From the NCBI GenBank assembly GCA_050239825.1, contig JBFXGO010000012.1:1-50089 (forward strand): DNA of 50,089 nt. The letters run 5' to 3'. The stretch is from a bacterium (lineage in GTDB: Bacteria > Hydrothermota > 32-111). Of the stretch, positions 1 through 8,759 are shown in pieces; positions within the stretch are counted from its first letter, which is position 1, and each line of letters starts with the position of its first letter. Under the pieces are notes generated by a model. The model ran no database searches, had not been told where the DNA came from, and was given only the letters and a program-made list of their open reading frames with translations. The position numbers and the translations under genes are program-made.

Positions 1-416
1 CCATTCAGTTTTCAGACAGCTTAAAGAATCCGACGATAGATATTGGAGATACAATCTATGTTGACACAATGGCTATATGGGGCACGAGAGTCAAGAAACC
101 GTTTAAGAATCCGGTCGTATTAACGGGCAGTTTTGGGCCGACAGGGATACAAGAAAACCGTGAGCCATGTGCCTTGAGCTTGGGGACATGTACTTGTACT
201 GTCCCCACAATCAAGAGCCAATACATAATATGGAATACAAATGAAGAAGCGACATTAACAGTTTACGATATATCAGGAAGAGAATTAATTAAAGAGGAAT
301 CAAAGACAATAGGTGAACACAAAACAGACATCAGAGCATTAAAGAACGGGATATACTTTGTGAAACTGAGAGATGAGAATAAATCAATTACAGAGAAGAT
401 GGTAAAGATAAGATAG
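1..416 (+). CDS. 5'-truncated secreted protein with T9SS-type C-terminal sorting domain; paralog of 1027..2886
   Basis: Frame is open from base 3 (IQFSDSLKNP...). C-terminus VYDISGRE...LKNGIYFVKL...EKMVKIR is a typical type A CTD. Confidence 0.85.
   Translation, partial: IQFSDSLKNPTIDIGDTIYVDTMAIWGTRVKKPFKNPVVLTGSFGPTGIQENREPCALSLGTCTCTVPTIKSQYIIWNTNEEATLTVYDISGRELIKEESKTIGEHKTDIRALKNGIYFVKLRDENKSITEKMVKIR
1..416 (+). repeat. Direct repeat of 2471..2886 (offset 2470)
   Basis: 1-240 vs 2471-2710 differ at 2 positions; 241-416 vs 2711-2886 differ at about 37 of 176 (manual count). Confidence 0.97.
158..208 (+). repeat. In-frame heptamer repeats (CCnTGWG x3) plus TGGGGACA-N11-TGTCCCCA hairpin; second copy at 2628..2678
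   Basis: ccgtgag ccatgtg ccttgag ct tggggaca tgtacttgtac tgtccccac; the same motifs occur intergenically at 7037-7065 and 7174-7205. Confidence 0.85.
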
Positions 417-444
417 CTAATCTAAAAAAAGCATAACTAATGAA

Positions 445-472
445 TTGACACTGGGGAAAAAAGATGTAAAAT
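445..472 (+). promoter_or_regulatory. sigma70-type promoter
   Basis: TTGACA-16 nt-TAAAAT, then an AAGGAG Shine-Dalgarno before ATG 497. Confidence 0.6.
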
Positions 473-496
473 TTAAAAAAACAGAAGGAGAATGGA

Positions 497-970
497 ATGA
501 ACGATTTGAATAGACAAACATTGAATTTGCATACCACAACTGAGATAACATTGCCAAAGGAGACATATCAGGATTATAGCGTAGTGGTCAGTATTGACAG
601 GAAGAGGGGCAATCCCAACAGAGTGATTGAGATGGGTGTCTATGAATTTGATGAGGTTGGAGATGTTGCTGAAACCGCATCCAAAGCTTCAATAGTTCTG
701 CTGACGGAGAAACCGAAATCAATAGAGCAGATGAAAATAACGAGTTCAACAAGCGGAGAGGTCAAGATAGTTCTTGGAAATGAGAGCATGAAGATTAAGA
801 ATGTAAAAATCATTGATGTTCTTGGCAGAGAGATAGGGTATTATTCATCAAACGAGCTTAAAGGAAAGAAGGAGATAAAAATAGACAGCAGATTAAAGAA
901 CGGCATCTATTTTGTGAGAATTGAGACATCGGATGGAATCATTACAGAGAAGGTTAACATAATCAAATAG
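497..970 (+). CDS. Small protein with T9SS-type CTD and no signal peptide
   Basis: IIDVLGRE...LKNGIYFVRIET...TEKVNIIK CTD; hydrophilic N-terminus; own promoter and SD. Confidence 0.75.
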   Translation: MNDLNRQTLNLHTTTEITLPKETYQDYSVVVSIDRKRGNPNRVIEMGVYEFDEVGDVAETASKASIVLLTEKPKSIEQMKITSSTSGEVKIVLGNESMKIKNVKIIDVLGREIGYYSSNELKGKKEIKIDSRLKNGIYFVRIETSDGIITEKVNIIK

Positions 971-983
971 CAAAAAAAGGAGA

Positions 984-1018
984 ATAGGGTGGAATTGTAA
1001 AAATCAGTTCCACCCTAT
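984..1018. repeat. REP-like palindrome
   Basis: atagggtggaattg-taaaaat-cagttccaccctat: 14-bp stem with one G-U pair. Confidence 0.85.
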
Positions 1019-1026
1019 ATATTTGT

Positions 1027-2886
1027 ATGAAAACCAAATTAATCATTTTCCTATTACTAATAAATTCAATGATTTTTGCTGATTATGAATTAAAACAATT
1101 ACATGATTTTTATGACATTGGAAATAATGGAAGGTTAGATATCCTTTTAGATGTTGGAAAGTATTATCCGTATGTGTCAATTCTTACTAATAGAACAAAT
1201 AATCCTTATTTTGAAATAATCCTTGAATATAAAAACAATATGTATAACATCAAAGATTCAATAGATTCTGCGGGCTATACAATTGGACATATTGATATAG
1301 ACAACAATTTGAAAAATGAAATAATAAGTATTCTTAATACTGGTGATTATTTAGGAGAAGATAGATTTTTTACACTTTCGGAGCAAAGCGATACCATTTC
1401 TTTGGACTTTACACCCAATTATATATCTATGGATTTTTTAGAAGGTTTAATTTGGCTATATCCTACCGGTCTCATAAAGAATAAGCCGACGATAGTGGGA
1501 GCGCCACCGATGGACTCAGATACAGGGTGGTTCTATATGGAATATGATTCAACCGGAGACAGTTTAAAGTTCGGACAGGTGTATAATGCATACTATGATG
1601 GAGAGTATAGGAGTATGGTAAGCTCAATGTGTATATGCAGATTTGATGATGACAGTTTGACAGATGTGATAATGGGAACAAGCAGGGGTCAGGAGTGGTG
1701 GGAAGCGACCGATGCGGAGAATGACTCATTTGCGCAAATAGACAGCTTTGAATGCCCGAGGGTTGGCACGACAGCGACATTCTTTGCGGGTGATTTGGAC
1801 AGAGACGGGAGGAATGAGTTCATAATATACGGAGGGGTGGCATTGATGCTTCCCTGCGAATGGGCAATGGGGATATTGGAATATAACGGAACGGACACGG
1901 TGCAGTTGATATACGAGGACACATTGAAGAAGGATTACGGAGCATACCCGAATGTATTGAAAGGGTCAGACGCAGACACAGGAGATATAGACGGAGACGG
2001 GTATAATGAACTTATATATGCGGCAGGATGTTTTTTGAAGGTGTACAAGACATTTGGGGACAATGATTTTAGGGTAATGTGGGAGATAGACAATGACACA
2101 TTTTCAGGGAGCAATGTAAGCGTATATGATTTCAACGGGAATGGCAGAGCAGAGATAATCTGGTCAGGGGCGAGCTATGAGGATTTGCCGTTGACTTATG
2201 GAATGGATGTGCAGAAGACATACATATTTGAGTATGACAGCAATTATAGTTATAATGTGATAGATTCAGCGAGGGGATTGGCTGGTAGGTTTCCTGAGGC
2301 TGGAGTTACAAGAGATGATTATGTGCAGATATTTTTCAATTGGGATACGGATATGCCGGAGATAAACAGTGGGAACATAGACAGTATATTGAGATTGAGT
2401 AACGGCCACACATGGCTTGATGGGAATGGGGATATAACACAGGCAGTATGGATAGGAGGCAAAAAGCTCACCATTCAGTTTTCAGACAGCTTAAAGAATC
2501 CGACGATAGATATTGGAGATACAATCTATGTTGACACAATGGCTATATGGGGCACGAGAGTCAAGAAACCGTTTAAGAATCCGGTCGTATTAACGGGGAG
2601 TTTTGGGCCGACAGGGATACAAGAAAACCGTGAGCCGTGTGCCTTGAGCTTGGGGACATGTACTTGTACTGTCCCCACAATCAAGAGCCAATACATAATA
2701 TGGAATACAACAATGACAAGCACACTAATAGTTTACGATATATCGGGAAGGGAGTTAATCAGAGAGGAATCAAAGACAAACGGAGAACACAAAACAGACA
2801 TCAGAGCATTAAAGAATGGGATATACTTTATAAAACTCAGTACCGAAAATCAATCAATCATAGAAAAAATGGTTAGGATAAAATAG
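1027..2886 (+). CDS. Secreted FG-GAP/VCBS-like repeat protein with T9SS-type CTD
   Basis: Signal peptide MKTKLIIFLLLINSMIFA; GDLDRDGRNE, GDIDGDGYNE and DFNGNGRAE motifs; C-terminal CTD. Confidence 0.85.
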   Translation: MKTKLIIFLLLINSMIFADYELKQLHDFYDIGNNGRLDILLDVGKYYPYVSILTNRTNNPYFEIILEYKNNMYNIKDSIDSAGYTIGHIDIDNNLKNEIISILNTGDYLGEDRFFTLSEQSDTISLDFTPNYISMDFLEGLIWLYPTGLIKNKPTIVGAPPMDSDTGWFYMEYDSTGDSLKFGQVYNAYYDGEYRSMVSSMCICRFDDDSLTDVIMGTSRGQEWWEATDAENDSFAQIDSFECPRVGTTATFFAGDLDRDGRNEFIIYGGVALMLPCEWAMGILEYNGTDTVQLIYEDTLKKDYGAYPNVLKGSDADTGDIDGDGYNELIYAAGCFLKVYKTFGDNDFRVMWEIDNDTFSGSNVSVYDFNGNGRAEIIWSGASYEDLPLTYGMDVQKTYIFEYDSNYSYNVIDSARGLAGRFPEAGVTRDDYVQIFFNWDTDMPEINSGNIDSILRLSNGHTWLDGNGDITQAVWIGGKKLTIQFSDSLKNPTIDIGDTIYVDTMAIWGTRVKKPFKNPVVLTGSFGPTGIQENREPCALSLGTCTCTVPTIKSQYIIWNTTMTSTLIVYDISGRELIREESKTNGEHKTDIRALKNGIYFIKLSTENQSIIEKMVRIK

Positions 2887-2887
2887 C

Positions 2888-2919
2888 GAGCTGGTGAGCT
2901 AGTGCGCTGGTATGCTGGT
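2888..2919 (+). repeat. Degenerate octamer tandem repeat (gagctggt gagctagt gcgctggt atgctggt)
   Basis: 8-nt periodicity directly after the stop codon; reverse complement matches octamers at 47673-47884. Confidence 0.8.
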
Positions 2920-3037
2920 GCCTCTTAGTCCTGCGAGTGCTAATGCCTGTTTGACGGCTGACGCAATCCTCCTCTTGACTTATTTATATTTTAAGTTTAA
3001 TATCTTTTTTTTACTAAAAATTATAAAAGGAGTTTGT

Positions 3038-4588
3038 ATGACTCTTGAAGAAAAATTATTGCATCTCAAGAAAAAAAGGGAGACAGCTGAAAAGGGCGGC
3101 GGAGATGAGCGCATAAAAAAACAGCATGAGAAGGGAAAGCTCACAGCCCGCGAAAGAATTCATCTGCTTCTCGATGAGGATTCTTTTGAGGAATTTGACG
3201 CATTTGTCGAGCATAGATGCACGAATTTCGGGATTGAAAAGACAAAGTTTCCTTCAGACGGAGTTGTCACCGGATATGGAACAATAGAGGGAAGGCCGGC
3301 ATTTGTCTTTTCGCAGGATTTCACGATTTTCGGAGGTTCATTGTCTGAAACATACGCGGAGAAGATATGCAAGATAATGGATATGGCCGCTAAGAACGGA
3401 GTTCCGGTAATCGGACTCAATGATTCAGGAGGAGCGAGAATACAGGAGGGGATAGAATCCCTCGCAGGGTACGCCGACATATTCCTCAGAAATGTAATGT
3501 ACTCGGGAGTGGTTCCTCAGATATCTGCAATAATGGGTCCCTGTGCCGGCGGAGCAGTTTATTCTCCTGCTATAACAGATTTCATATTCATGGTCAAAAA
3601 GACCTCTTACATGTTTTTGACCGGTCCGAAAGTTGTGAAGACAGTAACTCATGAAGATGTTACTGATGAGGAGCTCGGAGGAGCGTCGATTCATTCAATA
3701 AAATCGGGTGTAGCATCCTTTGTCAATGATTCTGATGAAGAGACAATAAAACAGATAAGAAGATTGTTCTCATTCATACCTCTAAACAACAGAGAAAATC
3801 CTCCTGTAGTTGAGAATGCTGACCCTATAAACAGAATGGAGATAGGATTAAACACAATAGTTCCTGATGATCCGAATAAACCGTATGATGTGAAAGAGGT
3901 TATAAACATTCTTGTAGATAACGGCGACTTTATGGAGATTCAGCCGAACTTTGCCTCGAACATAGTTATAGGATTCGGACGATTCAACGGAAGGTCTGTG
4001 GGAATAGTGGCAAATCAGCCGAAATCCCTTGCAGGAGTTTTGGATATAAATGCTTCAGAGAAGGGGGCGAGATTTGTCAGGTTCTGCGATTCATTCAATA
4101 TACCGATAGTCACTCTTGAGGATGTGCCGGGATTTTTGCCCGGAACACAGCAGGAGTATGGCGGAATAATTAAGAGCGGAGCGAAACTTCTATACGCTTA
4201 TGCAGAAGCCACAGTTCCAAAAATTACAATAGTGATGAGAAAAGCATACGGCGGAGCATACTGCGTTATGTCATCAAAACATATTCGCGGCGATATTAAT
4301 TATGCCTGGCCTACTGCTGAAATAGCGGTTATGGGTCCGAAGGGAGCTGTTGAAGTAATATTCGCCCGCGATATAATGAAATCGGAAAATCCGGAAGAAG
4401 CAGAGAGAAAATTTGAAAACGAGTACAGGGAAAAGTTTGCCAATCCGTATTCAGCCGCAGTCAGAGGCTATATAGAGGATGTAATAGAGCCGAAGACGAC
4501 AAGATTCAGAATAATCAGGGCTCTTGAACTCTGCAAGAACAAGATGGATTCAAATCCGGCAAGAAAACACGGAAACATCCCATTGTGA
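3038..4588 (+). CDS. mmdA: Acyl-CoA carboxyltransferase / methylmalonyl-CoA decarboxylase alpha subunit
   Basis: [29 protein letters not shown] and C-terminal KHGNIPL; SD AAGGAG before ATG 3038; operon with biotin carrier and beta subunit. Confidence 0.9.
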   Translation: MTLEEKLLHLKKKRETAEKGGGDERIKKQHEKGKLTARERIHLLLDEDSFEEFDAFVEHRCTNFGIEKTKFPSDGVVTGYGTIEGRPAFVFSQDFTIFGGSLSETYAEKICKIMDMAAKNGVPVIGLNDSGGARIQEGIESLAGYADIFLRNVMYSGVVPQISAIMGPCAGGAVYSPAITDFIFMVKKTSYMFLTGPKVVKTVTHEDVTDEELGGASIHSIKSGVASFVNDSDEETIKQIRRLFSFIPLNNRENPPVVENADPINRMEIGLNTIVPDDPNKPYDVKEVINILVDNGDFMEIQPNFASNIVIGFGRFNGRSVGIVANQPKSLAGVLDINASEKGARFVRFCDSFNIPIVTLEDVPGFLPGTQQEYGGIIKSGAKLLYAYAEATVPKITIVMRKAYGGAYCVMSSKHIRGDINYAWPTAEIAVMGPKGAVEVIFARDIMKSENPEEAERKFENEYREKFANPYSAAVRGYIEDVIEPKTTRFRIIRALELCKNKMDSNPARKHGNIPL

Positions 4589-4595
4589 GGCGCAG

Positions 4596-5078
4596 ATGAA
4601 GAGAATGACTTTAATATTATTGATTCTCATCTTTGTTCCAATGCTCTTTGGGCAGGAGAAGGCAGATTCAATGGCGGCGGACTCTATCTCGACTGATTCT
4701 TCAATGATACAGCAAGATTCCTCTTCAACTGTGAATTCATCATTGGTGGTTGATGCAAAGGAGACAAAGAATGTGAGCCCGCTGACTTTGACCCTATTGG
4801 GAATGCTTACTGTATTTTCCGGACTTTTGATAATGCAGTTATTTATAAATACCCTTAAGCTGATTTTGAACCCGCCTCCGAAAAAAATTGCAGTTACAAA
4901 GGAGGAGGAGGTAAACAAGGGTCTTCTAAGCAATGTGGATTTGACTGAAGATGAGATGGTAGCAACAATAACTGCGGTTATGATGGAGTCAAAACTTCAC
5001 CATTCGATTTCAAATGACAAATTAACAATAAAATGGCAGGATAAGAATCCTCACTGGATTTCAACAAGGAGAAACTAA
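4596..5078 (+). CDS. mmdD: OadG/MmdD-family decarboxylase subunit with extra signal peptide and Ser/Asp-rich linker
   Basis: GMLTVFSGLLIM transmembrane helix, EMVATITAVM, C-terminal W motif; position in operon. Confidence 0.75.
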   Translation: MKRMTLILLILIFVPMLFGQEKADSMAADSISTDSSMIQQDSSSTVNSSLVVDAKETKNVSPLTLTLLGMLTVFSGLLIMQLFINTLKLILNPPPKKIAVTKEEEVNKGLLSNVDLTEDEMVATITAVMMESKLHHSISNDKLTIKWQDKNPHWISTRRN

Positions 5079-5497
5079 TGGGAGAGTATATATTCACTAT
5101 CAATGGCAAAGACTATAAAGTCAATGTCAACACCATAGACCAGAGTGCGGCGAATGTTGAAATAAACGGAAAGACATTTGTCGTCAATATGAAACAGGTG
5201 GGAGCTACATCGGAAAAAAAGGATTCAAAAAAGATCCAGCAGGCGCCTGTTCAGGAATCCAAAAGAGTTGAGAGCGGAACAATCAAAAAAATATTGGCTC
5301 CTCTTCCCGGAGTTGTGCTCAATGTCATAGTCAGGGAAGGTCAGGAAATTAAAGAGGGGCAGGATGTAATGGTTATGGAAGCTATGAAAATGGAGAATTC
5401 GATTCACTCTCCTTTTACCGGTAAGGTTATCAGGATAAATGTAAAAAGGGATGATACTGTAGCTGAAGGAGATGTTCTTATAGAGATCGGAGCCTGA
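5078..5497 (+). CDS. mmdC: Biotin carboxyl carrier subunit
   Basis: EAMKMEN biotinylation motif; APLPG. Confidence 0.92.
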   Translation: MGEYIFTINGKDYKVNVNTIDQSAANVEINGKTFVVNMKQVGATSEKKDSKKIQQAPVQESKRVESGTIKKILAPLPGVVLNVIVREGQEIKEGQDVMVMEAMKMENSIHSPFTGKVIRINVKRDDTVAEGDVLIEIGA

Positions 5498-5499
5498 AA

Positions 5500-6633
5500 A
5501 TGATTGAATTAATGAAGACATTTTATACATATACGGGCTTTGCCAATTTCGATTACAGATATCTTATAATGATAGCTGTATCAATGTTCTTTATATACCT
5601 TGCAGTCGCAAAAGAGTATGAACCGATGCTTCTTCTTCCAATAGGATTTGGAATACTTATCGGCAACATACCAATGCTCATTGGTCTGAAGGTCGGAATC
5701 TACGAACCCGGGTCGGTTTTAAACTATCTTTACTTTGGAGTGATAAACGGGCTCTATCCGCCTCTTATCTTCATGGGTATAGGAGCTATGACGGATTTTT
5801 CGACAATCTTATCAAATCCAAAGACAATTCTTCTGGGAGCCGCCGCGCAACTCGGAATATTCACAACATTCATTGCGGCATACTACCTTGGTTTCACTCC
5901 TGCTGAAGCCGGTTCGATAGGAATAATCGGAGGAGCGGACGGACCCACTGCAATATTTCTAACATCAAAACTGGCTCCTCACCTTATTGGTCCCATTGCG
6001 ATTGCGGCATACTCATACATGGCTCTTGTTCCTGTAATTCAGCCGCCTATTATGAATCTTCTTACTACTAAGAAGGAGAGGCTTATAAGGATGAAGAAAC
6101 CGAGAACAGTAAAAAAAATTGAGAAGATTTTGTTTCCGATTTTTGCTTTTACTGTTTCCGCATTCATAACACCTGCCGCAATTCCTCTTCTTGGAATGCT
6201 TTTCATGGGCAATATTCTAAGAGAGAGCGGAGTGACCAATCGTCTTGCCAAGACAGCCTCTAATGCTCTCATTGATATTTGCACCATCATGATAGGGCTT
6301 ACAGTCGGAGCATCAACTCAGGCAAATGTCTTTTTGACATGGTCATCTATAAAAATATTCATACTCGGTTGCGCCGCTTTTGCATTTTCCACTTTCGGAG
6401 GAATTCTGTTTGCAAAACTCATGAATCTCTTCCTCAAAACCGAAGACAAGATAAATCCTCTTATTGGTTCTGCAGGTGTCTCTGCAGTTCCTGATGCGGC
6501 GAGAGTGTCTGAGATGGTGGGAAGACAGAATGACCCCAACAACCACTTGTTGATGCATGCAATGGGTCCTAATGTTGCGGGAGTGATAGGTTCCGCGATT
6601 GCCGCCGGGATACTTCTCTCATTCTTCGGATAA
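5500..6633 (+). CDS. mmdB: Na+-translocating decarboxylase beta subunit (OadB/MmdB family)
   Basis: EPMLLLPIGFG, IGIIGGADGPTAIF, HAMGPNVAGVIGSA; multiple transmembrane helices. Confidence 0.95.
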   Translation: MIELMKTFYTYTGFANFDYRYLIMIAVSMFFIYLAVAKEYEPMLLLPIGFGILIGNIPMLIGLKVGIYEPGSVLNYLYFGVINGLYPPLIFMGIGAMTDFSTILSNPKTILLGAAAQLGIFTTFIAAYYLGFTPAEAGSIGIIGGADGPTAIFLTSKLAPHLIGPIAIAAYSYMALVPVIQPPIMNLLTTKKERLIRMKKPRTVKKIEKILFPIFAFTVSAFITPAAIPLLGMLFMGNILRESGVTNRLAKTASNALIDICTIMIGLTVGASTQANVFLTWSSIKIFILGCAAFAFSTFGGILFAKLMNLFLKTEDKINPLIGSAGVSAVPDAARVSEMVGRQNDPNNHLLMHAMGPNVAGVIGSAIAAGILLSFFG

Positions 6634-6660
6634 AAGAATTACTTGAATTTGATTTTTTTG

Positions 6661-6688
6661 GGGCGGACACTCTTGTTCGCCCTTTTTT
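6661..6688 (+). terminator. Intrinsic terminator of the mmd operon
   Basis: gggcggaca-ctct-tgttcgccc followed by T6. Confidence 0.85.
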
Positions 6689-6721
6689 ATTTTACACCAT
6701 GTCTTTTGCCCTTTTTTGGTG

Positions 6722-7334
6722 AAAAGGTAAAAAGATAAGAAGGTAAAACAATGGGGAGATTCCTTGTAAAGACAAAATCTTACTCAACCGTGTCACCCTG
6801 AACGCCTCTATGGTTATGACTATCGTGAAGGGTCTATCATTTTATTGTTAATTAATTATTGAAAATTGTTTGGGGGGCTGCACGTGGGTGTAGCGTCGGC
6901 TCACACACTCCGCTTCGCCGCTTTATCAAGATGGGTTAGCGTAGCAAGGGGTCGCCCACTTGATGGGCGTCTTCGCGGAGCGTCCTCGCCGACTTGTAGC
7001 TTTCACTTTCAATAAGTTATTTAATTGATTGTTGCAGTGGGGACACACCGAAGGAATGTCCCCACATTGGCGAGGGTGTAATGTGCGCGAACGCACATGA
7101 TAGAGGTATCGGGTTGCACCAGAACTTTGTGAAGATTACTGTAAAGAATAAATATTACTCAGCTCCGCGTATTAAGCTCATGGCACACGGCACATGGCTC
7201 AAGGCTGATTTAGTGGCTGCACTGGAATTTTTCCTCGGAACTGTAAAGGCAAAATCTTACTCAACTCACTGTATTGAATTTAAACTCTTATCCAGCACTC
7301 TTTTACCTTTTACCTTTTAACTTTGTAACTTTAC
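6722..7334. repeat. Composite non-coding repeat cassette (inverted AAAAGGTA-type arrays at both ends, three 24-bp direct repeats, four hairpins, heptamer array)
   Basis: Arrays at 6722-6745 and 7301-7334 in opposite orientation; TGTAAAGnnnAAATnTTACTCAnC at 6765, 7140 and 7242; hairpins at 6792-6836, 6856-7015, 7037-7065 and 7081-7098; heptamers at 7174-7205. Confidence 0.8.
6856..7015 (+). ncRNA. Candidate rod-like structured RNA or MITE-like element, family unknown
   Basis: Nested stems ttattgaaa/tttcaataa, gctgca/tgtagc, gtcggc/gccgac, ctccgc/gcggag, tatcaag-a-tggg/ccca-cttgatg; GC-rich core within AT-rich flanks. Confidence 0.45.
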
Positions 7335-7377
7335 ATATTGCTCTTGTCATTTTGCATACTTTGTTTATAATAAAAAT

Positions 7378-8757
7378 ATGGAATATAAATCTATTAAAGG
7401 GCTCAGGTATTTTCTATTCGTGTTTCTGGGTCTTCTTATAGTTGCGGATATTATCGCATATTTTGTTTTTGTTAACATTATAAAAAGCAGTGGTGAAGAG
7501 TATAAGAATGACAGATACTCAACTGTGAATTCTTTTATAGAGTCAACAAAAAAAAGGTTTGACTTATACTCAAATTCCATCGATTTCATAAACAAAGAGC
7601 AGGATATAATAAGAAAGAGCATAAGCGAGAGAAATGTCTATTCATACTATTTAACAGATTCAACTCTCTTTCCCATTATAGTTTCAAAATCATTCAAATT
7701 TGACCAAAAGTATATCCGCAATTTCTTCATGCCGATTTTAAAGGATAATCTTTCAATGAGATACTTTATAGATAATTATGAGATATATTCATTCAAAATA
7801 GAGAATAAAAACAGAAATGTTATTTTTGCGGTCTTTGCATTTGAGACGGGTAGCGGATATATGAATAGAATCATGCTCTACTTTTTCATTTACCGCACAA
7901 TAATCCTTATTTTTATACTCATTTTCTCTGCTTTCCTGTTATTTTCAATAGAGAAACCTTTAAGAAGTATTTCGAACATTGCTCAATCTTTAAAAATCAG
8001 AATAAATCCGAATGATCAGGGAAATATTGTTAAGGTTTTCAGCGACTCAATGGAGGAGATTCTTAAAAAACAGAGGGAAGATGAGGATGCGATGGATGCC
8101 CTTTTAATAAAATACAAAAAGATGGAGGATGATTTTCTCTCCAAAGAGGGGCTTCTGAAATTGTCGGAGATAACAAACGGCATAGCGCATCAGCTGAATA
8201 ATCAGCTGGGAGGAATAACCGGACTAATGCAGGCGGCGGAAAGGTCTAATGATGTTTCCCTTTACAGAGAGGCATATAATCAACTTAAAGTGCTCAGCGA
8301 CTTTACAAAAAAATTTCTGGAATTTGCAGGAAGCACAAAACCCTATTTTTCTGATGTCGACATTGCAGAGGTTGTTGAGAGAACTGCATTGAGGCATGAA
8401 GTGAGTATTAAAGGCAATTTGAATGGAACAATAGTAAAATCAGACAATCATCTTTTAGAACAGATTTTTATCAATCTGTTTGACAATATTTCAAAATATT
8501 CAAAAAAAAGAGAGGCAGATGTTGAGTTAAGAGAGATTCCCAATAAAATAATATTAAAGGTGACTGATGGTGGAGAAGGTTACCCTGAGAGTGTTTTAAA
8601 GAATCTATACAATCCTTTTTCAGAGACATCCCACGGCTATGGCCTTGGAATACCAACTGTGGTGAAACTTGCGTCAATTTTGAATCATGCTGTTGAATTC
8701 AGGAATGAAGATAAAAGGGGAGTCTTTGAAATTACTTTTATAAAAGAGGTTGAATAA
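7378..8757 (+). CDS. Membrane sensor histidine kinase
   Basis: Two transmembrane helices; H-box IAHQLNN, N-box QIFINLFDN, DGGEG and GYGLG. Confidence 0.9.
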   Translation: MEYKSIKGLRYFLFVFLGLLIVADIIAYFVFVNIIKSSGEEYKNDRYSTVNSFIESTKKRFDLYSNSIDFINKEQDIIRKSISERNVYSYYLTDSTLFPIIVSKSFKFDQKYIRNFFMPILKDNLSMRYFIDNYEIYSFKIENKNRNVIFAVFAFETGSGYMNRIMLYFFIYRTIILIFILIFSAFLLFSIEKPLRSISNIAQSLKIRINPNDQGNIVKVFSDSMEEILKKQREDEDAMDALLIKYKKMEDDFLSKEGLLKLSEITNGIAHQLNNQLGGITGLMQAAERSNDVSLYREAYNQLKVLSDFTKKFLEFAGSTKPYFSDVDIAEVVERTALRHEVSIKGNLNGTIVKSDNHLLEQIFINLFDNISKYSKKREADVELREIPNKIILKVTDGGEGYPESVLKNLYNPFSETSHGYGLGIPTVVKLASILNHAVEFRNEDKRGVFEITFIKEVE

Positions 8758-8759
8758 TC

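Noticed and set aside
1..2886. Diversity-generating retroelement (TR/VR pair)
   Set aside because: Mismatches between the copies are not adenine-specific, both copies are coding, and no reverse transcriptase is present in the window.
2912..3037. N-terminal extension of mmdA, or a riboswitch upstream of it
   Set aside because: The ATG at 2912 lies in the octamer repeat and the SD supports 3038; I recognised no riboswitch consensus.
6856..7015. Integron attC site, SRP RNA or group II intron domain V
   Set aside because: No correctly placed RYYYAAC/GTTRRRY boxes, no SRP domain IV motif, no domain V/VI consensus and no integrase.
6765..7265. CRISPR array from the three 24-bp repeats
   Set aside because: Spacers are 351 and 78 bp, the repeats are degenerate, and there are no cas genes.
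7081..7320. 79-aa ORF
   Set aside because: It runs across repeat modules, has no recognisable motif and no convincing SD; probably spurious.
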